Shown here in pieces: positions 11,608 through 23,041 of a stretch of 64,000 nt of DNA. The notes beneath the pieces were generated by a model. The model made no database searches, was not told the DNA's origin, and worked only from the letters and a program-made list of their open reading frames with translations. The translations under genes were made by a program, and so were the position numbers. This stretch comes from Blasia pusilla (lineage: Eukaryota): NCBI GenBank assembly GCA_050084515.1, contig CM114271.1, positions 18,724,001-18,788,000 of the forward strand, in the 5' to 3' direction. Every line of letters begins with the position of its first letter. The stretch's first letter is position 1.

Positions 11608-12750
11608 ATGAAGGGCCCACGATGATACTCGGGTGCAGTGGGCATCATTGAGTTGGAGGACTTCATGCAGGAGTTTGATACGTGGTGTGATATGCAGATG
11701 TTGCGGAACGCCACGTTATTTACTATGTGTCTATCACCCATGGTGGTATTGGTAGTAGTGCTCCTACTATGCCAGCCAGCCCGACGTTGAGTGGTACGAG
11801 TACGAGCCGGAGTGGGGGTACCAGTGGAGGTACCCATGGAGGTACCAGTGGGGGTACTAGTGGATGTACAAGTGCCCCACCATCGTTCAGCCCGATTGCA
11901 AAGTTCTTCAACAGGTTGAAGAAGAACTATCAGGGAGTGAAGACAGAGAAGTTGAGGAGTCTTCAGGAATTTGAGCGAAAGACTGGTGAGAGTCTTCGTG
12001 AGGCATACACTCGTATGCGACGCTTGATTTCAATTACCAGGTGTGTGGCGAGGCTCAGGCGAGTCAGTTTTGGTATGGGATCTTGGGATGAGAGTTGCGC
12101 CACAGGTGCGTGATGCTACTCTTATGAGTGATGATTCACCCACATTGACCTATGTGTTTGCTCTATCTGAGAAGATTGAGCTTAACATGGTAAAGGAGAG
12201 AGTGGTGACATCCGCATTCAGTAAGGATACAACAACTACTTCTCGTGTTCAGCAACCCACCTCACAATCTCGTAGTGGTGGTGGTGGTAGTAGAAGTGGG
12301 AGTTGTGGGGGATACACACGACCTCAGTCAGGTCCTAGAGGGACACTTGCCCAGAGACCATTGCCTTTGTTTGCTGCCCCGCAGCAAGGACAGTCATGTT
12401 GGACATATGGAGGTGATCATGTTAGGAAGTTTTGTCCCCAAGAGGATGGGAGACGGACTTTGGAGGATGGGCCTCAATCGGCCCCAACTCAGTGTGATCA
12501 TTGCGGGAGACCAGGTCATCCTCGAGAGCGTTGCTTTGATCTTCATCCAGAGTTGAGATCAGGCCGCCGCCGTGGTGGAGTAGCTCCGAGAGGCCGATGT
12601 GATAAAGGTGGTAGGGGTGGTAGAGGTGGACCAGTGGTTGGAGAGCCTACGGTGGCTACCCCTACCACTACGACAGAGTCAGCTATGGCTACCAGGATTG
12701 AGCAGTTGGAGCAAAAGTTGGCTACTATGGCTGGTATCCAACATAGATGA
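11608..12750 (+). pseudogene. Family A gag with two CCHC zinc knuckles (frameshifted)
   Basis: Gag-like EDFMQEFDTWC and GESLREAYTRMRRL. Knuckles CWTYGGDHVRKFC (degenerate) and CDHCGRPGHPRERC. Confidence 0.75.
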
Positions 12751-13093
12751 GGTTCGGGAGCAGGGGCTTCCACCTCTTATGGAGGGGATGATCTCTCTTA
12801 TATGGCGAGTGCAGCATAGGTTGAGGCATCAGCAGCGATTCTGAGAGGAGCCACTCGAGCGTCGAGCCACGTGGTGCTCTTGTGGAGTTGGACCCCACGA
12901 GGGTAAGGTGGGAGGCAAGGCTAGGCTTCCCCAGTCATTCTTGTTGTCTGAGGTGCTTAGGACTCCATCCATGGTTCCTACGCAGCCTATTGAGCTAACA
13001 ATGGGGACTGAGGCATCTACATCGCGTGTAGTAGACACGGATGCAACATCCAATGCTGTATTGCGGATTGCAACTTCAGTGTGAGGATCCCCA

Positions 13094-14005
13094 TTGTTTT
13101 CGGCCACAGAACTGATGGCTTTAGGAGTTGACTTAACTCATGTATTTCAGCTAGCAGCCACGTTGTGTGAACGTGGGGGTATTACTGCTACACATATTGA
13201 GGTGGATGAGGGTGTTGCGGTGGAGCGGCCCTCTATGTTAGGTGTAGCATTGAGTACCAATGCTACTTGGCAGGCAGCAGCGGTGAAGATGGATGCATTA
13301 CAAGCCCGGCCAGCCATTGGTCGTGAGAGGCTTACACCTGGTGTATGTATGTTGGACAACCGGAGTGGGATATTCCGATTGGTGAGTCCTACAGGACAAG
13401 TGTATAGACCAGATAGAGTCTTGTTAGACTCTGGTGCCCAACCTTTGATGTTGGGAAAGGCGGCATGTATTGGTTTGGGTATTCGGAGGTCAGAGCTTGA
13501 GCCTTGCCCATTCCAGATTCAAACATCACTTGGAGGAGCCAATGATAGGTCTCAATTTATGACATGGGAGAAGTTTTCTATACAGTTGAGACCAGATCAT
13601 GCCACTGATAGCTCCCGGTTGGGAGTACCTACAGTGGTCACATCAGCCGAGTCGTATGATGTACTAGTTGGAGGAGCTGTATTGTACCCAATGGGTTTTC
13701 AGATGGATTACTGGACTAAGACAGTGTCTTATAGACCTGGTTGGCAGTCCGAGGATGGACGTATGAGCAAGGTTCCTGTGAGATTTATTTATGGGGCTCG
13801 ACCAAGAGGGTCTTCCCCAACAGTGTTAGCATCTGTGGCTGGTTTTTGTGGAGTAGTCACTTGGCCAGGAGACTTTTTGGAGGGTAATGTTTCTGCTATG
13901 GATTCTCCTATGCATGAGGAGGTAGAGGAGGTCCCTAATTTTGCAACAATGGCATCCTCGTCGTTGGATGTGCCACTTTGGAGTTTAGGCGGTGCACTAC
14001 GGTAG
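13094..14005 (+). pseudogene. Family A aspartic protease region
   Basis: Retropepsin catalytic motif VLLDSGAQ and C-terminal YDVLVG. Confidence 0.75.
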
Positions 14006-14149
14006 GAGGCTGATTGCCTAGTGCAGGAGGCTTGGTGTGAAGCTGTTATACCTCACGAGGAAGAGTAGGCCACTAGGCGGACTCCTACTTCTGGTCCAGT
14101 TGGGTTATCCCCTTTGGATACAACATCCATTGTATGGCAGTATCCGTCG

Positions 14150-15110
14150 GAGGGCATTTGTGTGTTAGATCACTTTGGTGGGATTAGCACTAGTTTGGCC
14201 ATAGTGTTGCACGCCGGTATTCCTGTGCGGAGATACGTGTATGTGGAGCGAGATGAGACAGCTCACAGAGTCTCATCCCGACATATTGGTCAGTTGATGG
14301 GGAGATATCCTGAGTTGTTGCCGCCATCAGCTATCGTGGGTACCAGCGTGCTTTGCCGTCACACATTGCATTGTTGGGGGCGCGGACCTTGAGAGGGTTG
14401 GTCTTGTGGATTTGGTGATTGCTGGATGGCCATGTCATGGTCATACACGTGCTAGTTGTGGTGAGGGATTACACGACCCTAGGTCTCGATTTTTTTGGGA
14501 GATGTTACGGGTGTTACAATATCTTTAGGTTCATTAGGCACGTGCTACAGCTTACATTCTCGAGAATGTTCCATTGTTGGGTGACACTCGGACCCGGATG
14601 ATGGCGAGTATTCATGAGGTGCGGTCTTGGATTGGATCAGCGGTGTTGTTGGATGCAGCGCGAGTTGGCTTGCGTGCACATCGCCCACGCTTGTGGTGGA
14701 CAAACTTGTTGCCTAGGGAGGTTCTACGTCAAGCATATGATGCAGTGCAACGGGATCCTTGCCTTACAGTTGATAGTATCTTGGATACTGGGCGACTTTC
14801 TCAGGTGGTGAGGGTTATTGATTGGTCACCCATGGCAGTGGTGAACCGTGTGGGCCAGCCTAGGATGGCAATACCCACATTTGTGAGTTTTCCCTCGTCA
14901 CATGCCTACAAGGAAGGTGGTCCTGGGCTTGTATGGGATTCTCATGTGCGACAGTTGGTGGAGCCTAACGCTGATGAGAGAGAGCGTGCGATGGGATTTG
15001 CTACTGGTGTGACAACGATTGCTTCCATTTCTGAGGCTTCACGACGTTATGTGTTGGGTCAGGCCATGGACCTGAATTGTTTGACTTGGATTTTGAGTCT
15101 TAGTATGGCC
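14150..15110 (+). pseudogene. C5 cytosine DNA methyltransferase domain embedded in the family A polyprotein
   Basis: Motifs in canonical order: I VLDHFGGI, II YVERDE, IV VDLVIAGWPC (Pro-Cys at 14430-14435), V GLHDPRSRFF, VI ENV (14562-14570), VIII RAHRPRLWWTN, IX ERERAMGF, X LGQAMD. One frameshift and two TAG stops. Confidence 0.88.
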
Positions 15111-15399
15111 GAGCAGCGTCGACTTCGGACTATGTCTGTGGGTCTTCCACCCCTTGTAATGAGCTCGATGGCTACCGGGACGATAGAGGCATGGGCTAGG
15201 GGCAAGGAGAGTACTATTTTGCATCCTTGGAGTAAATGGGATGTAATGGCTGGGCATGTGGAGTTGGTTGCTCATGCTGATGGAGGAGTTATTTTCTCAG
15301 ATGATGGTGTAGCTAAGGGTGTACCATCTTGTGAGGGGGTTGCGTAGCAGCCAATGGCATCGTCCTCTCCCTCTAGTGTACCAGTGGAGGAGACTTGGG

Positions 15400-15924
15400 A
15401 GCCATTACTTGGGCCCAAGCTTACGGGAGGTGAGAAATGACGCTTGACACAGTTCCTACGTGCTTATAGGAGTTGTTTTGCCTTTAGCATGAAGGAGTTG
15501 GGTGCTCTGGTTGGACCCGGTATACGGATTGATTTGGCTCGTGATACGCCAATCTTCCGTCGTCCCTACCGATATAGTGATATGGAGAGGGACCTGATTC
15601 AGAGTAGGACGTTGGACCTTTTGGAGGCTGGATTAGTGGAGTTGTTGCATGGAGAGTATGCATCAACCACTATCATGCCTACTAAAAAGGATATGCATGG
15701 AAACTACACGAATAGGCGAATGTGTGGAGATTACCATCCTATCAATCGGCAAACAAAGGCCGATAGGTATGCCATGCCTACACTTGAGGAGATCTTTGAT
15801 CTGGTGGGCCAAGCAAAGATTTTGAGTACTTTGGATCTTCAGGCAGAATAGCATCAGTTGCCAATTCGGAGAGTGACAAGGCCAAGACAACATTTTGGGG
15901 TGTCAACTCTCATGGCAAGGATTG
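15400..15924 (+). pseudogene. Family A reverse transcriptase, N-terminal part
   Basis: PIFRRPYRYS, RMCGDYHPIN, YAMPTLEEIFD and LSTLDL are gypsy RT motifs. Confidence 0.85.
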
Positions 15925-16956
15925 TGTCGTGCGCCTACTCTCCTTGAACGTTAATCTTGTTTGTTGCGGAAGCGTGCGTTCAGTAGGTCACGCTCTCAAC
16001 GCTGATCTGCATCCAAACACGCACTTCGGTTAGTCGGGTCTTGGATCAATCAGCGGGATTACTTTCCGAGTTCTCGTCTCGGACTCTCTCTTCAAGCTCA
16101 ACCTTCCTAGTTTCGCGGTTTCCACACGGGCAAGTCTCGCAAGACTTGGGACAGACTTTCTGGTCGGTTCAGGAACCTGAAACGGCGTTTCGCGCCTAGC
16201 GGTTCCAACTGTCCGATGAACATCCAATGAGTTCCTCACCAAGACTCGCACGAAGTGAATCTCGGGTTCGAATCCAAGTGTGGCGTACAAAGTCCACTCC
16301 CTTGGATCAGGTTTGGGTTTCGGGTTTCCGCGCCAAACTCCCGTTTCATCCCGTGCCTCTGAAACGCCGTTTGGCGCCCAAAGTGGGGTTTCGTTTCCCG
16401 AGACATCTCAACGAAGGTACTCCCCTTACTAGTACTTCTGGGGATCTCCGGGGGCCCCCTACATTTAGGGAAAGACACCCGGGCCCCTCCAATTGGCCCT
16501 CAACCCAATTGCTCTCTGAATCGTTTTCGGCCAATATCTCAGCCTGTACTTATGCGTTTGCTGAGATCTTTGGTGCGTTGGAAGCGTCTTGAGATCAACT
16601 TTCCAACGCGCCCTTATTTGTCCCGAACGCATCTTGGAGCTCAACGTTATGGTCCTAAACACAGTCAGATTCTCCCAAACGCTAGTCATGTTCCAAACTG
16701 GTTCTCACCTCTTTGGCAACCAACCTCCAAGACTCAACTCATCTCAAGTCTCAGCTTGCGTTTGGTCTAGGTTTCCTGGTTGCAACCATTAACGCATGAA
16801 ACGCACAACTCTGTGCCGCGTTTCGTCTCTTAGACTTTTCCAAGAGACTCTTCCAAACGCCTCTCCAAAGCGCAAACCTCGCGGCGTGAGTTCCTTTGAG
16901 TTCTGATGTTTCGCTTGGCGCGTATTTGGTGTTGTTTGGTTATGAGGGTCGCGACA
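15925..16956 (-). repeat. 3' LTR of family B copy 1
   Basis: Direct repeat of 22014-23041. Preceded on the minus strand by PPT AGGAGGGGTGAG (16957-16968). Confidence 0.92.
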
Positions 16957-17649
16957 CTCACCCCTCCTTAGAAGGTTGATGTCCTCATCAATGCAAACCT
17001 TATTGATGTTAAGTTCTGGAAAGCCGACCCCTTAACACAGAATCGCGTTCTGGTAGCTAACCCGCAATTCCTCTTTTTGGCTTAAGTCTTAGGTTTGTCG
17101 CTTAAAAGACTTAGACTTATTAGCTTCGCTTTCTACGATGAGCCTAGACTAGTTCTGCCAAACTAATCTAACTATCAAAATAAGCTCACTAAGTGCAACC
17201 TAACACTTCACTCACTATTTGTAAACAAACTTTGTCTTCCTAGCCAACTCGTACTATTTTTGGGTCACCTGTATTCCACCTAGGCGCGTCACTAAGTTCA
17301 GTCATGAAACATGAATGAGATCACCACAAACCCCAAGACAGACTCATCTGCCCGGCCGACTTTAGGGCGAGCCCAAATGCTAGTACTTCAACACTTGGTC
17401 CTGATCTAGATGCCTTATCTGAATACAAGCTCTCACCTCAAATACTCATTGTTTGGTCTCCTTGACTTACATCCTAAGCATATGAAGAACTACTCATTGC
17501 CTTGCACAAACCAAACTCAAAATTACAATACAAGCATCGAATCTCCGAATCCATGTCTTCTTTATTGCAACAACTAAACCTTTCTAGTTACAACGGGTTA
17601 TCGGCCCAAGCTTTCCGGTCACAAGTTATGTCCATTGCTTCACCATGTA

Positions 17650-20600
17650 CTAACGCACGTGCTTTGCTTGCATCCATCTGAAGTCACGCAATGCTTCTTG
17701 CGCATGTTCTAGATCCGCCTCCGCAATCCAAGTCGCCTCTTTCACATGATAGCCTTTCCACTTGACCAAGTACTCGTACTTGGTGGCCCTACGTCTGGAA
17801 CGCAGAATAGTCTCAACCTCGAACTCTGGTTCCTCATTTCTGATGACCGGTTGTGGTCTCAACATCCTCCTTCGCTCCGGACGCACATTGTCTTGAAGAT
17901 ACTTCTTCAATAATGACACATGGAAAGTCGGGTGAATCTTGAACTCGTTTGGCAGCTCCAACGTGTACACATCCTCAAACGGCCTTGCCTTGATCACATA
18001 CGGTCCAGCATACTTGGCTGACAATTTCATGAGACAATTCTTTCGAAGAGTGAGATTCTTAACACTCAACCACACTTGTTCCCCAACTTGGAAACTCACA
18101 TGGCGCCGACTTTTGTTAGCATGCTTTACGTACCTTAGTTGAGCCTTGGCGAGACTTTCTCTCGCTCGCTCTTGTCGTTCCTGTATTTCCACTAACAAAC
18201 ATTCCGCCGTTGCTTGACGAGTGTGTGTCGATGTATTTCCCTTCGAAAGAGCTAAGTCAAGACGCCCTTCTGGTTCTCTTTGATACGCCAGAAGAAACAG
18301 AGATTCTCCGGTTGCAGAATGCTTAGTCAAGTTGTAACAATACTCAGCCATACTTAACCACTTGGCCCAATCTCTTTGGTCCGCACTCACGTAATTCCGT
18401 TAGTATTGGTTTACGACCGAGTTTACTTTTTCCGTTTGCCCATCCGTTTGAGGATGGAAGGCCGTACTAAAGCTAAGTTTGGTCCGGAACCTCCTGAATA
18501 GATGTTTCCAAAAGGCACTGGTAAACTTCGGATCCCGATCGGACACAATGCTCCTAGGCAATCCGTGCGCACGCCACCAACCATCCAGGAATAGTCGGGA
18601 AGTCGTGTAGGCCGTCGCAGACTCTCTCGTAGGCACAAACCTCCCCAACTTGCTAAACCGATCAACTATCACAAGTATAGCGTTGTATCCCTCGGTCTGG
18701 AAGACTCGTAATGAAATCCATGCTAATGCTTTGCAAGGGTCCCTCCGGATTGGCAAAGGATGAAGTAAACCTTGTTTCTTCGCATAAGACACTCGGTTCT
18801 TTGGCGGAGTCACGCATGTTTTCACATATTGAGCAACATCTTCCTTCATGTTGGGCCAGAAGAACCTCTTAGACAAAACAGCAAGAGTGGATTTCTCCCC
18901 TTTGTGTCCCGTCAAAGGTCCATCATGACCTTCCACAAACACCTTGGTCCGTAGCTTGCCTTGGCCTACATAGATCCTGCTCTGCTTAAACCTTAGCAAG
19001 CCATGTCTCAAACTCAGATTGGCCACCTTCTCGCCCCGCTTTAACTTCCCAAGGTACTCCCTCGCTTGTTCATCCTTCATGTATCCTTCACGAATCCTTC
19101 TTTCCAGGTCTGTTTCATTAGGGAACATTGCTCTCAACACTTGTGTCGTCGATGGCATGTGTTCATCCCTGCGACTTAACGCATCTGGAATGACATTGTC
19201 TTTCCTCGGCTTGTGGATTAGCTCCACATTCATCAACGCCAAGGTATCATGCCACCGAAGTTGTTTTGGCGTCACGCGATCCTGGGTCTCAAAATACTTG
19301 AGCGATATGTTATCGGTGAATACTCGAGTCCTGTGAAGTCCCAAATAGTGACGCCACTTCCTCAAGCAATGAACCACCGCAAACAACTCTTTCTCATGAG
19401 TAGGCCATCTCCTTTCGGTGTCGGTCAGCTTCTTGCTTTTGTATGCTACAGGTCCCCCTTTTTGCACCAACATTCCTGCAATCGCGAAATCACTACCATC
19501 CGTGTGCACCTCAAGCGTTGTTCAAACTCGGCAGTTTGAATGGTTCTGCGAGAGGATCTCTTTGACTCGATTGAACGCTTTATCCACTTCCTCGGTCCAT
19601 GTAGTATTGGCAAACTTTGCGGTCCAATCCGTGAGAGGTTTCACTATGCCCGAAAAATTCTTCACGTATGTCCGTAAAACGGGCGACTCGATGAACCTTC
19701 TCATCCCTTCACCGTGGAAGGCGGTTCCCATTCGGCAATCGCGCTCACCTTTTCCATGTCCGGACTCACTCCATCCATGCCCGACCACATGCCCCAAGAA
19801 CTTGATCTTCGTCAAACCGAACTCACTCTTATCCGCATTTGCATACTGAGCTTGTTCGCCTAAGTTTCTCAAACACCGTCTTCAAATGTCGGCGTGCTCC
19901 TCTAGCGTTTTCGAATAGATGAGTATGTCATCTATATAGATGATCACAAACTCATCCGTCTCCTTGTGAAAGATGGAGTTCATCAAAGTGGTAAACTTCG
20001 GAGGCGCATTACAAAGACCGAAGGCATTACTACAAACTCGAGCGAACGTATCTCGTCCCCTGAGCGGTCTTCTCTACATCCGCCGGCAATCCGAATCTGA
20101 TAATATCGTGATTTCAGGTCAATCCGGCTGAAATACTTGGCACCCGACAATCGATCAAAGAGGTCATCCATCCTCGGTAGAGGATAGTTATTCCTTACCG
20201 TCACTTTATTCAGCGCCCGATAATCAACACAGAGTCTCAACTTCCCATCCTTCTTCTTGACAAAGAGGACGGGCGCCCCATAAGGTGACTTGCTCGTTCG
20301 GATGTAACCCTCTCTAGGAGTTCACCCAACTGTTTCTTCAACTCAGCAAGTTCCTCTTGATTCAACCTATATGGTGCCTTTGAAGGTGGTTGAGATCCTG
20401 GTATCACCTCAATCTTATGATCAACCGCCCTATGTGGTGGCAACTCAGTCGGAAGCTCCTTAGTCAACACATCTTCAAATTCTTTCACAACTCTCTTGAG
20501 TGTTTCAGGATCTCCCTTGAAGCTGAGTTCTGATCTCTGCATCTTGCGCTTGCATCATCCTCTACTCGTCTCATCAAGCAAAGGAATCCTTCCTCTAACT

Positions 20601-21861
20601 CGGCCAAACTCGTCCTCGTGATGGCGTTCACCAACTCCGTCTTTCTAGGCACCTCACGAACCAATCTGACGTTCGTCCGTTTGCCGTTAACCAAGACGCT
20701 TAACCTCAAAGGTCTCCGCCTCAGTTCCACCTCATACGCATCCAAGAACGTGTTCCCCAAGACTCCGTCGATACCGTCCATCTCGCAAACTGTAAAATTC
20801 TCCTTCAACTCAAATACTCCGCATCTCACAACTCGCCCTAAAACCAGATCTGATGTCTGGTGGGATTTTCCTCCCGCGAATCCTACCCTTATGGGTTCAT
20901 CCGCTTTGGTGGTTGGCTTCGCGTTGAGTTCCACTCGTTTCGCCGGTGGGGCAAGAGACCCTCCGTGGTCACGCTCACCCCCATTCCAAACCCTCTTGGA
21001 TGTCCCTTTGTTCTTCTGTAACTTAGAAAAACTTTTTGTCTCAAAGGGTTTCGGGTGTTGGACTTCATCGTCCCCAATCCGCTCGGCTAGTCTCAAGAGG
21101 TCCGCGCACGTCTCTGGGATGTGAGGCATACGAAAGAGAGCCTTCTCGGCACTCGGTTTGAGCCCACTTAGGAAGATCACCTTTTTAGTATGTTCATCCG
21201 TGGAAAGTGCATTCATGAGCGCACTAAACTCTCGCACATAAGCGCCAAGTGATCCACTCTGGCGCAACCTCACCACCTCCATGCCATCGCGGTACTCCTG
21301 ATATTCCGGAGTGAATCGGTTCCCAATCAACTCCTTGAAATCTTCCCAACTCAACGTTTTCCCACGACCTAGATGTTCTTTCCGGTGAGCCGTCCACCAA
21401 TGGAAAGCGTGATCCTTTGGAAACGTGACCGCTACAGTCACCTTGTCTTGTTCATCTGCCTTTTGCGCTTCGAAATAGAGTTCGAGTTCCGTTAGAAACT
21501 CGCTCACTTTCCGAGAACGCCCCATTCCTGTGAATGGCGTTGGCAAATTAGTCTTACAAAGCTTCTTGCCAGAACTAGAGGCTCCATTTGACTTGAATTC
21601 CGATATCACCTTGCTCTGTTCAGCCATCTGGTCCGCCATCACCTTCATCAATCCCATCATTTGGGTATAAAAGGCCGGATCGTTTAAGTTTGGACCCGAA
21701 GGTCCCGCGGAAAGATTTTCGGTTGGAACATCCTCATGTCTGGGACTTGGCACTTCGGGAGTCGCAAATTCCACCTCCGGCTCTTGGTCCGTCATTGATT
21801 TGTCTCTTGGCTTCTTTGCTTTGACTCGCGGTTTCCTCGGTTCTTCGCCCTTGGTCGCCAT
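17650..21861 (-). pseudogene. Family B gag-pol with C-terminal chromodomain (copy 1), multiple frameshifts
   Basis: ORF fragments with gag, [46 protein letters not shown] and a chromodomain. Confidence 0.88.
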
Positions 21862-21999
21862 TTGCGAGTCGTCGCCTTTTCTCAGATCTCCTCCTCGCCT
21901 CTTGCGTTCCTCCTCGGCGTCGCGGTCTTCCGGCTACCTTGAGTTCTTCCCAAACGTCCAGATCTTCAACGACCCCAAGTTCACGCTCATCAAGGAATT

Positions 22000-22011
22000 G
22001 CTCTGATACCA
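22000..22011 (-). promoter_or_regulatory. Primer-binding site complementary to initiator tRNA-Met
   Basis: TGGTATCAGAGC on the minus strand, 2 nt after the 5' LTR end. Confidence 0.9.
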
Positions 22012-22013
22012 CG

Positions 22014-23041
22014 TGTCGTGCGCCTACTCTCCTTGAACGTTAATCTTGTTTGTTGCGGAAGCGCGTCGCGTTGATGAGGTCACGCTCAACGCGATCTCCA
22101 TCCAAACACACACTTCGGTTAGTCGGGTCTTGGATCAATCAGCGGGATTACTTTCCGAGTTCTCGTCTCGGACTCTCTTCAAGCTCAACCTTCCTAGTTT
22201 CGCGGTTTCCAACACGGGCAAGTCTCGAAAGACTTGGGGAGACTTTTCAGTCGGTTCGGGAACTGAAAACGGCGTTTCGCGCCTAGCGGTTCCAACTTTC
22301 CGATGAACATCCAATGAGTTCCTCACCAAGACTCCCACAAAGTGAATCTCGGGTTGGAATCCATGTGTGGTTTACAAAGTCCACTCCCTTGGATCAGGTT
22401 TGGGTTTCGAGTTTCCGCGCCAAACTCCCGTTCCATCCCGTGCCTCTGAAACGCCGTTTGGCGCCCAAAGTGGGGTTTCGTTTCCCGAGACATCTCAAAG
22501 AAGGTACTCCCCTTACTAGTACTTCTGGGGATCTCCGGGGCCTCCTACATTTAGGGAAAGACACCCGGGCCTCTCCAATTGGCCCTCAACCCGATTGCTC
22601 TCTCAATCTTTTTCGCCCAATATCTCAGCCTGTACTTATGCGTTTGCTGAGATCTTTGGTGCGTTGGAAGCGTCTTGAGATCAACTTTCCAACGCGCCCT
22701 TATTTGTCCCGAACGCATCTTGGAGCTCAACGTTATGGTCCTAAACACAGTCAGATTCTCCCAAACGCTAGTCATGTTCCAAACTGGTTCTCACCTCTTT
22801 GGCAACCAACCTCCAAGACTCAACTCATCTCAAGTCTCAGCTTGCGTTTGGTCTAGGTTTCCTGGTCGCGACCATTAACGCATGAAACGCACAACTCTGT
22901 TCGCGTTTCGTCTCTTAGACTTTTCCAAGAGACTCTTCCAAACGCCTCTCCAAAGCGCAAACCTCGCGGCGTGAGTTCCTTTGAGTTCTGATGTTTCACT
23001 TGGCGCGTATTTGGTGTTGTTTGGTTATGAGGGTCGCGACA
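22014..23041 (-). repeat. 5' LTR of family B copy 1
   Basis: Repeat of 15925-16956, followed by the iMet PBS. Confidence 0.92.

Larger units (their letters stand above)
15925..23041 (-). mobile_element. Family B chromovirus (Ty3/gypsy, Galadriel-like) copy 1, two LTRs, frameshifted
   Basis: LTRs at 15925-16956 and 22014-23041 (TG...CA). tRNA-iMet PBS and PPT present. 5-bp TSD GATTG/AATTG with one mismatch. Encodes gag-RT-RH-IN-GPY-chromodomain (EFEVETIL...EYLVKWKGY...ATW). Confidence 0.92.

Noticed and set aside
16030-16792. ORFs within family B LTRs (also 22046-22878, 31047-31837, 46866-47451, 50940-51732)
   Set aside because: Frames are not conserved among LTR copies; non-coding LTR sequence.
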